A DNA stretch of 64,000 nt from IMG/VR virus record IMGVR_UViG_3300015259_000005, positions 1,244 to 65,243 of that record; one strand, given 5' to 3'. Each line of letters starts with the position of its first letter. Position 1 is the first letter of the stretch. Made by a program: the position numbers and the translations under genes. Origin of the DNA: a virus. The notes beneath the pieces are model-generated. The model saw nothing but the letters and a program-made list of their open reading frames with translations, had not been told where the DNA came from and ran no database searches. Below, piece after piece: positions 54,709 to 64,000 of this stretch.

Positions 54709-57700
54709 CTATCCGATGATCTGGCGCAGCTTGCCGCTGTTCCGCTGGATGATGTTCAGGACCACCTGCTCGCCCTGGCGCGTGGACATCGCGTTCGGCA
54801 CGGTCATGGGGTCGTCGACGTTCACCACTTGCACGTTCACCTGCGGCGCCGCGCCGGGCGACATCGCGGCGAGCGCCTCGTTCGGAACGACGGTGCCGGT
54901 CTGCTTCGGGACGAAGAGCTCGGGCCCCGCCTCGCCGACGAGGAACGTCTTGCCGAGGTCGGACGCGCCGAGCGAGCCGCCGGTCTGGAGTCCGCCGGCG
55001 ACGCCGAGGATCCCACCGACGAGCCCGAGCACCTGACTCGTGGTGTCCCCGCCCCCGCCGCCGAACAGACCGAGGATGCCCTGGATCGCGCCGCCCAAGC
55101 CGGTCGCGAGCGTGGACAGCCCGGTACCGATCGACGTGCCGAGTTGCCCGAGGCCGCGCGTCACCGCGCCCCAGCCGTCGGTGAACACACCGCTCACTGC
55201 GGTGAAAGCGTTCGACACCGACTTGCCGATGCCGGAAATGAGCGTGCTGAAGAACCCGGCCTGCTGCGCCTGCTCTTCCGTCTTGGCCGCCTGCTGCTGC
55301 GTACCCAGCGCGCCGATCGCGTCGGTGACCGCTTTGTTGCCGCTGCTGCCAAGCTGGCCGGCGTTGATGATCTGCACGAACAGCGGGTCCGCGCTCGAGC
55401 CGCCGGTGTTGCCCTTGCCGCCGCGAGCGCCGCCAAAGATTTCGCCGACGATGCCGAGAAGGCCGCCTGCGCCGCCCGTCTCGGTACTCGCGCCTGCCGG
55501 CTGCCCGCCGCCGCCGAGGCCCTGGATCACTCGCAGTGCGAGCATCTTCAGGATCACCTTCTGGATGTCCGCGATCACGTCGAGCGCAAACTGCCGGAAG
55601 TCGAGCTTGCCCGTCGTGGTGAACTCGTGGATCGCATCGAGGCTCTTGTTGAGCAGATCCTCGGTCACGTCTGCGACGTTCGAGGCGATCGTGCCAAGCC
55701 CCTCGGTGAACCGACGGAACCCCGCTTCGACGCCCTGCTGCACCGACTCGACGGCGGTCAGCGATTCCTGATACCGCCGGAGCTCGAAGCGCGCCTTCTC
55801 GAACTCGTCGCGCTGGCGCGCGATCGCATTCGTGAGCTCCTGGGAACCCTGGAGGCCAGCGGCCGTCGCGCGCGCGTTGAGCTCCGCGAGCGCGTCCTTG
55901 TACTCGATCGTCAGCGACGCGAGCTCGTCCGTCTCCGCAGCGAGGCGGCGGAAGTCGTTCGTCGCAAGCTGCTTGATGATCTCGCGCTGTTCCTTCTGGT
56001 TGATCACGCCCGCGGTCACGGCTTTGTCGAGCTCGGACTGCGCGTCCGCGTACTCGAGCGCCACGCGCGTGCCCACGTCCATCTGTGCGATCAGGCTGAC
56101 GACCGCCTTCTGCTGCTCGGTGAGCGCAAAGGTCGTCTTCAGCACACCGCCAGCGGCCGCCGGTTCGGCGCCGGGGCCCTGGTCCGGCGCGGCCTTGGCG
56201 AGCGAGTCGCGGAAACGCTTGGCCGCACGATCGGCGAGCTCGGGCCCGAAGACGCTCTCGAAGAACCCGGTGGCCTCCTGAAGGAAATCACGCTGGCCCT
56301 CCTCGCGGAAGATGCGCGCGAAGTCGATCTTGCTGAACGCGGACTCGGCCTCGACGGTGACCGGCTTGAACAGCGTCTCGAAAGCGCCCGAAAAGTCGCC
56401 CGCGACGGCGCGCTGGAGCGCGTCCATCACGTCACCGACCTTCTGGGTGATGATGCTGAAGCCCTCGGCCGCGTCCTTCGCGATCGCCTGGAACACTTCG
56501 GACACGATGCGCCCGAAGATGGTGAACCCGGCGATCACCGAGTTGAAGAATTGTCGAGCCGTCGGGAGCAGATCGCGGAACGCCTTCGACGCCTCGAAGA
56601 GGCGCTGGAGCCACGCCTGCGTCTTCTCGACGATGATCTCGAAGCCGACGACGATGATGTCCTGCACGCGGGCCGACTCGCCGCCGATGGTGACGAGCTC
56701 GTTGCGCACGCCGAACAGCAGGCCGACGAACGCCGCGACCGCGGCGAGCAGAATGGTGAACGGGTTCGACGCGATCAGCGCCAGGAGCCCGATGCGGACG
56801 CCGCTCAGCCCCGTCACGATCGCGGCCAGCACGGCGGGTAGGCGCACGAGACTGCCGAACAGATTCACGCGCACCAGCCGCGTCGACGATGCTACGACGA
56901 GATCCATCGCGCGGGCGACGCCGAAGAGGAACTGCGCGACCTTGATCGCGAGGAGGATCTTGAACAAGTCGACCGTGCGGTCGATGATCTCGTTCAGCCG
57001 ATCCTCGTCGAGCGCGAGCTGAAGGAATCGCTGGCTCAGCGAGATCAATGCGGACGTGATCGTCTTGCCCACGTCGGAAACGCGGAAGAATTGCCCGACC
57101 AGCACCTCGGTCGAGTTCGTGAGCACCTGAAACGCCTGCCCGATCGTCGGCGCGATCCGCGAGAAGCGCGACTCGATCACGTCGGCCTGCGACTCGAGGG
57201 CCTTGATCACGATGTCGGAGTTCAGCTTGCCTTCGCGCGCCAGCACCTTGATGCGGTCGGTCGAGACGCCGAGGCCGTCGGCCAGGGCGTCGGCGAGGCC
57301 GGGCGTCTGCTCGAGGACCGAGTTCAACTCCTGCGCGGCCGCCTGGAAGTTGCCCGACAACGCCTGCGAAAACTGCCGCAGCGCGCCGCCGGCTTCCTGC
57401 GCGCTCGAGCCGCCGATCGCGACGGCTTTCGACAGCGTTTCGGTCAGCTTGAGCACGCGCTCGGTGCTGAGCCCGAGGCGGTCCTGATTGATCGCGAGGC
57501 GCTGGTAGGTCAGCGACACGGCGTCCGTGGCGACGCGCGCCCGGTTCGCGATGCCGATCAACTCGTTGGTCGTGCGATTCGCCGACTCCTGCGAGTCCGT
57601 GAACAGACGAACCCGGTTGGACAGGTTGGTGAAGCTGTCCGCGAAAGCAAAAATGCGCCGTGCTACGGATGCGATCGCGAGTCCGCGCAGTAGGCGGGTG

Positions 57701-57816
57701 GTCGTCGAAAGCTGACCGGAGACGGCGCTTGCGGCGAAGCCGATGTTGCGGATGTCGCGCGCAACGGTGCGCGCGCCCTGCTGTCGGACTCGGATGTCGA
57801 GAGACTCGAGTGCCAT
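54709..57816 (-). CDS. tail tape measure protein
   Basis: 1035 aa; N-terminal tape-measure domain (QFSQAL...ELNS..EQ.P), C-terminal VGEAGPELFVP. Confidence 0.93.
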   Translation of the reverse strand: MALESLDIRVRQQGARTVARDIRNIGFAASAVSGQLSTTTRLLRGLAIASVARRIFAFADSFTNLSNRVRLFTDSQESANRTTNELIGIANRARVATDAVSLTYQRLAINQDRLGLSTERVLKLTETLSKAVAIGGSSAQEAGGALRQFSQALSGNFQAAAQELNSVLEQTPGLADALADGLGVSTDRIKVLAREGKLNSDIVIKALESQADVIESRFSRIAPTIGQAFQVLTNSTEVLVGQFFRVSDVGKTITSALISLSQRFLQLALDEDRLNEIIDRTVDLFKILLAIKVAQFLFGVARAMDLVVASSTRLVRVNLFGSLVRLPAVLAAIVTGLSGVRIGLLALIASNPFTILLAAVAAFVGLLFGVRNELVTIGGESARVQDIIVVGFEIIVEKTQAWLQRLFEASKAFRDLLPTARQFFNSVIAGFTIFGRIVSEVFQAIAKDAAEGFSIITQKVGDVMDALQRAVAGDFSGAFETLFKPVTVEAESAFSKIDFARIFREEGQRDFLQEATGFFESVFGPELADRAAKRFRDSLAKAAPDQGPGAEPAAAGGVLKTTFALTEQQKAVVSLIAQMDVGTRVALEYADAQSELDKAVTAGVINQKEQREIIKQLATNDFRRLAAETDELASLTIEYKDALAELNARATAAGLQGSQELTNAIARQRDEFEKARFELRRYQESLTAVESVQQGVEAGFRRFTEGLGTIASNVADVTEDLLNKSLDAIHEFTTTGKLDFRQFALDVIADIQKVILKMLALRVIQGLGGGGQPAGASTETGGAGGLLGIVGEIFGGARGGKGNTGGSSADPLFVQIINAGQLGSSGNKAVTDAIGALGTQQQAAKTEEQAQQAGFFSTLISGIGKSVSNAFTAVSGVFTDGWGAVTRGLGQLGTSIGTGLSTLATGLGGAIQGILGLFGGGGGDTTSQVLGLVGGILGVAGGLQTGGSLGASDLGKTFLVGEAGPELFVPKQTGTVVPNEALAAMSPGAAPQVNVQVVNVDDPMTVPNAMSTRQGEQVVLNIIQRNSGKLRQIIG

Positions 57817-57825
57817 CGGCTTTCC

Positions 57826-58275
57826 TTAGAAACGGGACCGAACGTTGGTGAGCAGACGGACGCTCTTGAGACGGGCGGACGCTGCGGCGAGCGCGGCTTG
57901 CACAAAGCCGGCTGGAGCCTGCGTGCTCGAGCCATCGTTCAGCTTGTTGATGTACGGGACGGGGTTGGAGATGGACACCACGTCGGGGCGCCCGAGGCCG
58001 TTGACCTCGAATATCGCGCGCGACACGGCGTCGCCTTCGGTCGTGTGATCGCGCACGTGCTGGGCCGAAGCCTCGCCGGCGATCACGTACCAGTTGGAGC
58101 GCGCGAGGCCCGGGTGCGGGTCGCGCGGTGAAGTGGGGGGCCCTCCGACGGGGGTGAGGCGCACCAGCGCGACCACTGCCGCTGCTGCTGCGTCCTTCAC
58201 CGCCCGCCCGGAGTTGAGCTCAACGCCCTCCGCGATTGCTAGGAGTCGTGCGGCGAATTGTTCGGGATCGGCCAC
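57826..58275 (-). CDS. tail completion protein (HK97 gp10-like)
   Basis: TPV....G.ARSNW, ISN.VPYI..LN.GSS.QAPAGFV. Confidence 0.8.
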   Translation of the reverse strand: MADPEQFAARLLAIAEGVELNSGRAVKDAAAAAVVALVRLTPVGGPPTSPRDPHPGLARSNWYVIAGEASAQHVRDHTTEGDAVSRAIFEVNGLGRPDVVSISNPVPYINKLNDGSSTQAPAGFVQAALAAASARLKSVRLLTNVRSRF

Positions 58276-58640
58276 CGTTCGCCTCCGCTTTCTTTTTCTC
58301 GGCGGCGATGTCTTTCGAGCGCCGCTCGATGAAAGCCTCGTCGAGCTCTTGGATGATCGCGACGAAGTCCTCGTACGCGAGCTCGTCGTCGACGACGCCC
58401 ATGCGCTGGGCGTACTGGTCGATCGCCGACCAGGGGATGGGCCCGATGGCGCCCATCACGATCTGACGACACGTACTCAGCTTCTCGAACGCCTCGAACA
58501 CCCGCACTTGGTACGAGTCTTCAGGGACCGGGGCGTCCAAGATGCTTTGGGGGATGGGAGCTCCCGTTTCACGCGCGGCGTCGATGATCGCCTTCGCCTG
58601 GGCGCCGTACTTGAGGCGCCACTCGAGGAACTCCCTTAGC
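58220..58640 (-). CDS. tail assembly chaperone, frameshifted extension (GT-type)
   Basis: -1 frame overlapping the stop of the upstream chaperone; AF..LSTCR..GPIPWSAI..YA. Confidence 0.65.
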
Positions 58641-59058
58641 TTTTTGCGTCGTCGGCGCGCGACTCCTCGACGAAGTTGATCACGGTCTGCGTCTGCTTGA
58701 GCAGATCCTCGAACAGATCGGGGAGCGCCTTGAAGAGCTCCACGCACTTCTCGCGCGAGAACGGGATCGCCACGATCTCGCCGAGGTCGTTCTCCTCGAC
58801 GATGTCCCACTCGAGCACGACGGCCTCGGCGAAGCACTCGTGCGTGATCTTCTCGAGGATGGACTCGTCCATCGTGCCCATGTTGATCGCGGAGCGGTAC
58901 GGGCGGAGCTTGCGCTCCATGAGGTTGCGGAACGCCTTGTTCTTGCCGCCGGCTCGCGCGCAGCGGAAGCGGCCGTACTCGCCGTATTCGATCCAGATGC
59001 CGTCCGTCTCGAGCGACGCGCTCGTGCCGAACAGAGAGTTGAGGGGCTTGGAAGCCAT
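58636..59058 (-). CDS. tail assembly chaperone
   Basis: E..GIW, ARAGG.NK.F, V..W, F..LPDLF; ends GCA AAA AGC TAA. Confidence 0.8.
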   Translation of the reverse strand: MASKPLNSLFGTSASLETDGIWIEYGEYGRFRCARAGGKNKAFRNLMERKLRPYRSAINMGTMDESILEKITHECFAEAVVLEWDIVEENDLGEIVAIPFSREKCVELFKALPDLFEDLLKQTQTVINFVEESRADDAKS

Positions 59059-59100
59059 GGGGGGTTTCTCCTGTTGGGGGTTTCGGAATGTTCACTGTTC

Positions 59101-59133
59101 GGGCCATGTTCACAACCGCTGTGAACATGGCCC
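59101..59133. terminator. perfect hairpin after the tail tube gene
   Basis: GGGCCATGTTCACA-ACCGC-TGTGAACATGGCCC, 14 bp; no U tract, so may be a stability or processing element. Confidence 0.5.
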
Positions 59134-59145
59134 TACGAGTGAAGA

Positions 59146-60642
59146 TTACTGCACGCCGTAGAAGCGGAACAGAGCCAGGGTGTAGTTGAACACCGGGTGG
59201 CGGATCGCCTGATACGACAGGGGCACCGTCGCATCCTGATTCTTCCCGGGCACCTCGGGCGAGCCCTCGGAGAACTTGATGCGGGGTGCGTCGAGCAGAA
59301 CGATCTGGTTGGCGATGTCGACGAAGCGCACATCGAACGACGTTTCGGTGTTGCTCACCACGTCGCGCGCGATGCTCGCGTTGTCGAAGTACGTGCTCAG
59401 CGAGCCCGTCACGCCGAACTCGCCGACGCCGATGCCCACGGCGCCGAGGAACCCGACTGCCGGCTGCTGGCGCAGGTTGTTCGCGATCTCGAAGGTGGCC
59501 TCGAGCACGAAGTTGCTACCCGAGATCGGAACGCCGCCGCGCGCGATGCGCCCGACGTTCGAGCTCGAGTTGAGCACGTTCACCTGCCCGGTCGTCACGG
59601 TCGTCGCGGAACCCACGCGGCCGTTGCCGGCCACCGCGGGAAGCTGCGCCGGCACCGTCGCGGGGATGCCCGAGTCGCTGAAGAACGCATCCTTGCCTGA
59701 GAACGTGAGTCCCGTGGTCACGATCGCCTGCGGCTCCGCGGTGATCGTGAGTCCGTCGACCATCATGCCACGGAAATACTGGAAGGTCACGGGTGAGTGG
59801 TCCGAGAACTCCTCCTCGAGCGTGTACGAGATGCGGGTCGTGCTGTTGATCAGCCGCTCGCCCATGTACACGTCGACCGCACCGGCCGGATTCTCGGTCG
59901 CGGCACCCGTCGGCACGATGCCGAACGTCAGCAGGGTCGCCGTCGGCGCAACGCTGATCCGGTACCAGCCGTTGTTCACCGGAGTCGCCGAGAATCCCGC
60001 GAGCTTCACCCAGTCACCGGCCTGGAGGCCGAGCGTGGTGAAGTTCAGGACCGTTGACGCGAGCGTGCCGGTGCTGCCCGTGATCGTGAGATCGAGATCG
60101 CCGGCCGCGCTGCGGCGCCCGACGGTGTGCAGGCGTGCGCGCAGGGGCGGCGATGCCTCGACCGTCAGGGCGGTCGCGACGGTCACCGCGGTCGTGGTCG
60201 GCGCGCCGTTCACGATGTGGTAGCCGTTGTTGTTCGCACCGTTGAAGCCCTGCGAGCGGACGATGTCGTTGATGATGGGAGTGAAGCCCTCGTTGGTGAC
60301 GGTGAACTGGGTCGCCGTCACGGCCGTGATCTGCGTCTCTTCCTCGGTGTTGGTCCACTTGTTCCGCACCTGAAAGGTGTTGAACCACGCACCCTCGAAG
60401 AGGTAGTCGTGGATGCCGAACGCGAGCTCGGAGTTGAGGTCGCCCGCGGCCTCGGCGCCCACGAGCGCGAGGTCGTCGATCTGGCGATCCGAGCGAATGA
60501 GCTCGGACACGACCGTCTCGGGCACGAATCCCAGATTCGGGGCCCCGCTGTACGGGATGTCGCGGAGGAAGGGCGCAGTCGGCACGATGCCGTACGTGAC
60601 CTCCTTGACCGCACGGATTGCGACTCGATTGGTATCGGACAT
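59146..60642 (-). CDS. major tail tube protein
   Basis: E.TYG..P, SE.IRSDRQ, S.T.E..F.D, VTGSL..YF; 498 aa with an inserted beta domain. Confidence 0.85.
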   Translation of the reverse strand: MSDTNRVAIRAVKEVTYGIVPTAPFLRDIPYSGAPNLGFVPETVVSELIRSDRQIDDLALVGAEAAGDLNSELAFGIHDYLFEGAWFNTFQVRNKWTNTEEETQITAVTATQFTVTNEGFTPIINDIVRSQGFNGANNNGYHIVNGAPTTTAVTVATALTVEASPPLRARLHTVGRRSAAGDLDLTITGSTGTLASTVLNFTTLGLQAGDWVKLAGFSATPVNNGWYRISVAPTATLLTFGIVPTGAATENPAGAVDVYMGERLINSTTRISYTLEEEFSDHSPVTFQYFRGMMVDGLTITAEPQAIVTTGLTFSGKDAFFSDSGIPATVPAQLPAVAGNGRVGSATTVTTGQVNVLNSSSNVGRIARGGVPISGSNFVLEATFEIANNLRQQPAVGFLGAVGIGVGEFGVTGSLSTYFDNASIARDVVSNTETSFDVRFVDIANQIVLLDAPRIKFSEGSPEVPGKNQDATVPLSYQAIRHPVFNYTLALFRFYGVQ

Positions 60643-60654
60643 GATTCCCTCCTG

Positions 60655-61098
60655 TTAGGCCGTCCGGTCGAACACGAACTCGGTTTGCACGTGAACTTGG
60701 TACCACACCCCGTCCACGCCGATTTCTCGCATGCTGATATTGCGGAACCAGATGTTGTTCACGGCCGCGGCGTTCTCGAGCGCCGTAGTGATCGGGCCGG
60801 CGATCTGCCGCGCGCCGACCGCGCCGGGCGCATCCGACCCGATCGCCGTGAAAATCTGGAGTGTGAGCAGCCCGTAGCGCCGGTGAACGACGCTCGCGCC
60901 GCTCCCGAGCGACCGCGTGCCGCCGAAATGCTTGATCACGAGGCGCGCCCACGTCCGCGACGCCGCGGTGCCCGCGGTCGGCGGGGTGAAGTCACTGTCC
61001 TCGTAGGTGAGTTGGGTCGGCGCGCCACCCGCGTTCTGCCACGCGGTGCGCATGAACGCGCTGAGCTCCTGAACCGCCTCGTCGTAGGTCTGCGCCAT
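60655..61098 (-). CDS. tail terminator protein
   Basis: WARL..., R.G...QIF, WYQ..V...F.FD. Confidence 0.75.
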   Translation of the reverse strand: MAQTYDEAVQELSAFMRTAWQNAGGAPTQLTYEDSDFTPPTAGTAASRTWARLVIKHFGGTRSLGSGASVVHRRYGLLTLQIFTAIGSDAPGAVGARQIAGPITTALENAAAVNNIWFRNISMREIGVDGVWYQVHVQTEFVFDRTA

Positions 61099-61496
61099 TA
61101 CACGGCCACCCGCACGATGTAGCCCACGAGCGTCGGGCCGGGCTGAATCTTCACCACGCGGGTGATCTCGTAGACCTTCGTGCCGTCCACGATCTTGTAG
61201 TCGTCGGTGAGCTCGAAGGTGAGGAACTTGGCGGGCACGAGCACGAGTCGGTCGATCTCGCGCGTGACCATCGTCTGCTCGTCGGCCGCGCCGGGGATCG
61301 CGAGCAGGAGGTCGCGCGTGTCATGGTCGAGGAACACCGCGGGGTGCGTCGTGTTTGCGTAGCTGGCGACCGTGCCGGCCTCGGGCCGGTTCGCGATCTT
61401 CAGCGTCGTGCCACTCTGTCGACGAAGCACCACGTTCCGCCCGTGCTTCGCCACGAGGCGGTACATGAGCTCGACGAAGTTGTCGTGGATCGCCAT
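61098..61496 (-). CDS. head closure / head-tail protein
   Basis: L..K.GR.V.L; V..IQPG....Y; position. Confidence 0.65.
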   Translation of the reverse strand: MAIHDNFVELMYRLVAKHGRNVVLRRQSGTTLKIANRPEAGTVASYANTTHPAVFLDHDTRDLLLAIPGAADEQTMVTREIDRLVLVPAKFLTFELTDDYKIVDGTKVYEITRVVKIQPGPTLVGYIVRVAV

Positions 61497-61497
61497 G

Positions 61498-62073
61498 CTA
61501 GGCTCGAATGGCCTTGTCGCTGCCGCTCTCGGTGAGGCCGCTCTGCCGGATGATCCGATCGGCCAGGGCGTACTTGCGCGTGGACGTGGTCACCGCCTTG
61601 GAGTCGCTGAAGCGCGTCTCCTCCTCGAGCGGGCCCAGCTTCTCGCGCTTCAGCGTCACGAAGCGGCCGGCGTCGTCCGGTACTGTGGGGTCCGGGAGCA
61701 GCCGCCCGGTCACGAGGTATGCGAGCGCGTACTCGAGCGTGGCGTTCACGATCCAGAACGGGATCTCGTCGTCCGCGTACTGATTGCCGCGCGCGTCGGT
61801 GATGAAGGCGTCGTCAGTGCGCGGCCACTGAAGGGCCTGCGCGAGGTTGGTCGGGTCGCCCGGAAACGTCGGCGAGCCGACGAACTTCCAGCGCATGTCG
61901 AGATACTCGGTCGCGTGGATCAGCGCCGTGGCCTTGCGGTCCTGCGTCGCCTCGGTCCACGCCGAGTTCGAGCGGTGCTCGTGGTACACGTCGCCGTCGG
62001 CGATGCTCACGTAGCTGTTCGCCGTGTCGAGCCCGGTCCCGTCTTCGACGATGATGTCCGCTGCGACGGCCAT
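61498..62073 (-). CDS. head-tail adaptor (DnaT-like domain)
   Basis: VEDGTGL..ANSY.S..D.Y, AL..AT.Y.D, QAL.WPR, EK.GPLE. Confidence 0.82.
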   Translation of the reverse strand: MAVAADIIVEDGTGLDTANSYVSIADGDVYHEHRSNSAWTEATQDRKATALIHATEYLDMRWKFVGSPTFPGDPTNLAQALQWPRTDDAFITDARGNQYADDEIPFWIVNATLEYALAYLVTGRLLPDPTVPDDAGRFVTLKREKLGPLEEETRFSDSKAVTTSTRKYALADRIIRQSGLTESGSDKAIRA

Positions 62074-62081
62074 GACGACTC

Positions 62082-62669
62082 CTAGAACACGAAGGTGGGC
62101 GGGACGAATCCCGGAAAGATTTCGAGCGGCCCGATCGTGCCGACGTATTGGTGCGGAATCCCGAACGGATCGTTGAACGGGTCCACGCCGAAGTAGGCGA
62201 TGAACCCTGCGTCCAGGGCAACAGCAGAGAACGTGGCGCTTCCGACTTGGTTGCCGTCGAACCACATGCCGCAACGATCCGCGACCGGATCGAGAAAGAC
62301 TGCGATGTAGTGAGGGCCGCCCAGCGTCGTCAGCGCGGGCAGGCTGACGGTGATCAGCGGAGTCTGAAATCCGCTCACGTCGGAGAGTACGAGCTCATTG
62401 TTGAGTCCGCCCGCCTGCAAGCGCGTGTACCCGAGTTGGAAGATGTTGGGAACGACCGGGTAGTTCGCCGGGCCGATGAACTCGAAAGACGTGACGTACA
62501 GCGCCGGGCGCAGCTTCTCGGCCGCGGTCAGGGGCGAAGTCTGGCCCCAGCCGATCGTGGTGATCGCCTTCTGGGGCGAGAAGAATCCCGCGCCCGCGCG
62601 CACATAGCGCTCGAGGCGGGCCGTTCGCGCGTTGAGGATGGCGCGCTGAAGCTGCTTGCTGATCGTCAC
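62082..62669 (-). CDS. LamG/ConA-like putative virion protein (paralog B)
   Basis: HYIAVFLDPVADRCGMWFDGNQVG; shares motifs with 62666-63328. Confidence 0.55.
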   Translation of the reverse strand: MTISKQLQRAILNARTARLERYVRAGAGFFSPQKAITTIGWGQTSPLTAAEKLRPALYVTSFEFIGPANYPVVPNIFQLGYTRLQAGGLNNELVLSDVSGFQTPLITVSLPALTTLGGPHYIAVFLDPVADRCGMWFDGNQVGSATFSAVALDAGFIAYFGVDPFNDPFGIPHQYVGTIGPLEIFPGFVPPTFVF

Positions 62670-63328
62670 AGTGTGAATCCAGCGGGAATGTACCCCGGGA
62701 AAACTTCGAGCGGGCTCACGAGGCCGATGCTTGTCGGCTTCGACGCCGTGCCCGTGTTCCACATGTAATTCCACGTGCCGGCCGACCACGCCGCATGCAC
62801 GTGCGCGACTGCGGCCACCTGATCCCCGTTGACGAACAGGGCGATCCGGTCCCCCACCGGGTCGAACAGAACGCCGGTCTGGTTGAAGCCGTGATGTCCG
62901 GTATGGCCCGTGAGCGAAAGGTCAAACTGAAGCAGCACTACCGACGCGAGGTCGATGATGCGGAAAAGACCGGATGCCGCAACGGTGCCGACGCAGAACA
63001 CGCCCGTGTTCACCATCGCGTTCGTGGTGGCGCCCGTGGCGGGATACTGGGTCAGCGTTGCGTTGTTCCACTCGCTGTACCACGAAAGATACGTCGGAAT
63101 CGCTTCCTGCCCCGCGCTGATCGGGGGAACGATTCCGGTGCCGGGAAGAGCGACCGTGTTCGCGGGGTGCGCGAATCCGGCGCCGTTCTTCCGCTGGCGC
63201 TCGCGGCGCGCCTTCTGCGCGTTGAAGATTTGGCGACGTTGACGTGGGGTCAGCCGTTCGGTCGGAACGTCGAGCTCGAGCTCGAGTTCCGGGTCGAACT
63301 CCTCGAACGGCTGGAACCCCTGCGTCAC
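62666..63328 (-). CDS. LamG/ConA-like putative virion protein (paralog A)
   Basis: TGVLFDPVGDRIALFVNGDQVA. Confidence 0.55.
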   Translation of the reverse strand: MTQGFQPFEEFDPELELELDVPTERLTPRQRRQIFNAQKARRERQRKNGAGFAHPANTVALPGTGIVPPISAGQEAIPTYLSWYSEWNNATLTQYPATGATTNAMVNTGVFCVGTVAASGLFRIIDLASVVLLQFDLSLTGHTGHHGFNQTGVLFDPVGDRIALFVNGDQVAAVAHVHAAWSAGTWNYMWNTGTASKPTSIGLVSPLEVFPGYIPAGFTL

Positions 63329-63332
63329 GTTG

Positions 63333-63818
63333 CTACTCCTCGCCCTTCACGGCGCTGCGCACCGACGGGTGGACCGGATACTGACGCTTCCCGGGCCGGA
63401 AGTGGGCCTGGAGTGCGTCGAGCGCGTGCCGTGCCGCGACCGTGCGCGCCTGCTCGGGTCGCGTGATGCGATCCTGCATGGCGTTCAGGATGTGCAGCGG
63501 CGTCTCGCTTGCCTTCTGGAGAAGGCCGGCGAGCTCCTGATTGATGGCGCTCACCTCGGCGACGGCCGCCTCGTACTTCTGGCGCGCCTTGCTTTCGCGC
63601 TTGCACGCTTCGGCGAGTCGATCCTGGCACTCGAGGACCGGATCCTCGGGCAGCACGATCGCGTCGCTCTCGGCGAGGTCGTCGGACTCGGCGAGCTCGG
63701 CATCCGCTTCGGGAGCCGGCGCGTCGCCGGAAACTTCGGGGTCGATGGGGCCTGCCACAGCGGCGGGAGAATCCTCGAGCTCGTCCAGATCGCTCGCGGT
63801 GATCGCTTCGGACATCAC
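63333..63818 (-). CDS. acidic hypothetical protein after the capsid gene
   Basis: 161 aa; acidic N-terminus and coiled coil. Confidence 0.6.
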   Translation of the reverse strand: MMSEAITASDLDELEDSPAAVAGPIDPEVSGDAPAPEADAELAESDDLAESDAIVLPEDPVLECQDRLAEACKRESKARQKYEAAVAEVSAINQELAGLLQKASETPLHILNAMQDRITRPEQARTVAARHALDALQAHFRPGKRQYPVHPSVRSAVKGEE

Positions 63819-63840
63819 GTACCTCAGTGATTCGGGGTTG

Positions 63841-63881
63841 AAAGAGAAGGCGCCCCGCCGCCGCTGAGACGACGGGGCGCC
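63841..63881 (-). terminator. intrinsic terminator after the capsid gene
   Basis: GGCGCCCCG/CGGGGCGCC stem followed by TTCTCTTT on the minus strand. Confidence 0.75.
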
Positions 63882-63914
63882 CGAATCCCACTCAACGTGG
63901 GAGGGGAGAACGGA

Positions 63915-64000
63915 TTAGCCGTTCGTGCGGAGCTCGGCGATCTTGATCTGCTTCCGCTCGGGATACCGACGATCCGCGACCGAGTGGCCCAGATGGCGGT
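63915..64000 (-). CDS. major capsid protein, C-terminal end
   Basis: ..DRRYPERKQIKIAELRTNG* typical of this capsid family; implies a circular permutation. Confidence 0.75.
   Translation of the reverse strand, partial: RHLGHSVADRRYPERKQIKIAELRTNG

Noticed and set aside
1-64000. Prophage, integrase, reverse transcriptase or DGR
   Set aside because: No recombinase, RT motif, att-flanked host genes or template/variable repeat pair was recognised

Overview
The window is almost a whole circularly permuted genome (about 64.4 kb) of a GC-rich tailed dsDNA phage with siphovirus-type tail genes. The major capsid gene is split across the two window ends. No integrase or CI-type repressor was recognised, so the phage is probably lytic. 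Layout: (1) a long minus-strand late/morphogenesis region running 12.3 kb -> 1 and 64 kb -> 45 kb (two tRNAs, structured non-coding segments, terminase, portal, scaffold, capsid, head-tail, tail tube, chaperones, tape measure, tail tip, a sulfotransferase, lysis genes); (2) a plus-strand replication and nucleotide-metabolism block at 28.5-44.9 kb (T5 A1-like phosphoesterase, primase-polymerase/VapE helicase, DUF2800 nuclease, SSB, family A polymerase, SNF2 helicase, dNMP kinase, NUDIX, MazG, NDT); (3) minus-strand accessory operons at 24.3-28.4 kb (GGDEF cyclase, SutA-like, sigma-2-like, HslV-like) and 12.4-15.95 kb (ligase, SprT-like, PEP-CTERM protein); (4) a compositionally distinct, TA/CTAG-rich island at about 16.2-23.8 kb. 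The island is driven by three identical sigma-54 promoters, each with paired GTGACG-N5-CGTCAC-type upstream sites, and ends in a repeat-rich non-coding stretch. The most striking inferred system is a phage regulon built on a host sigma-54 enhancer-binding protein, whose site also overlaps the putative late sigma-70 promoter and which may be switched by the phage's own c-di-GMP. It is coupled to a restriction-word-depleted segment that may enter the cell first. All product calls come from motif recognition by eye; no database searches were run.
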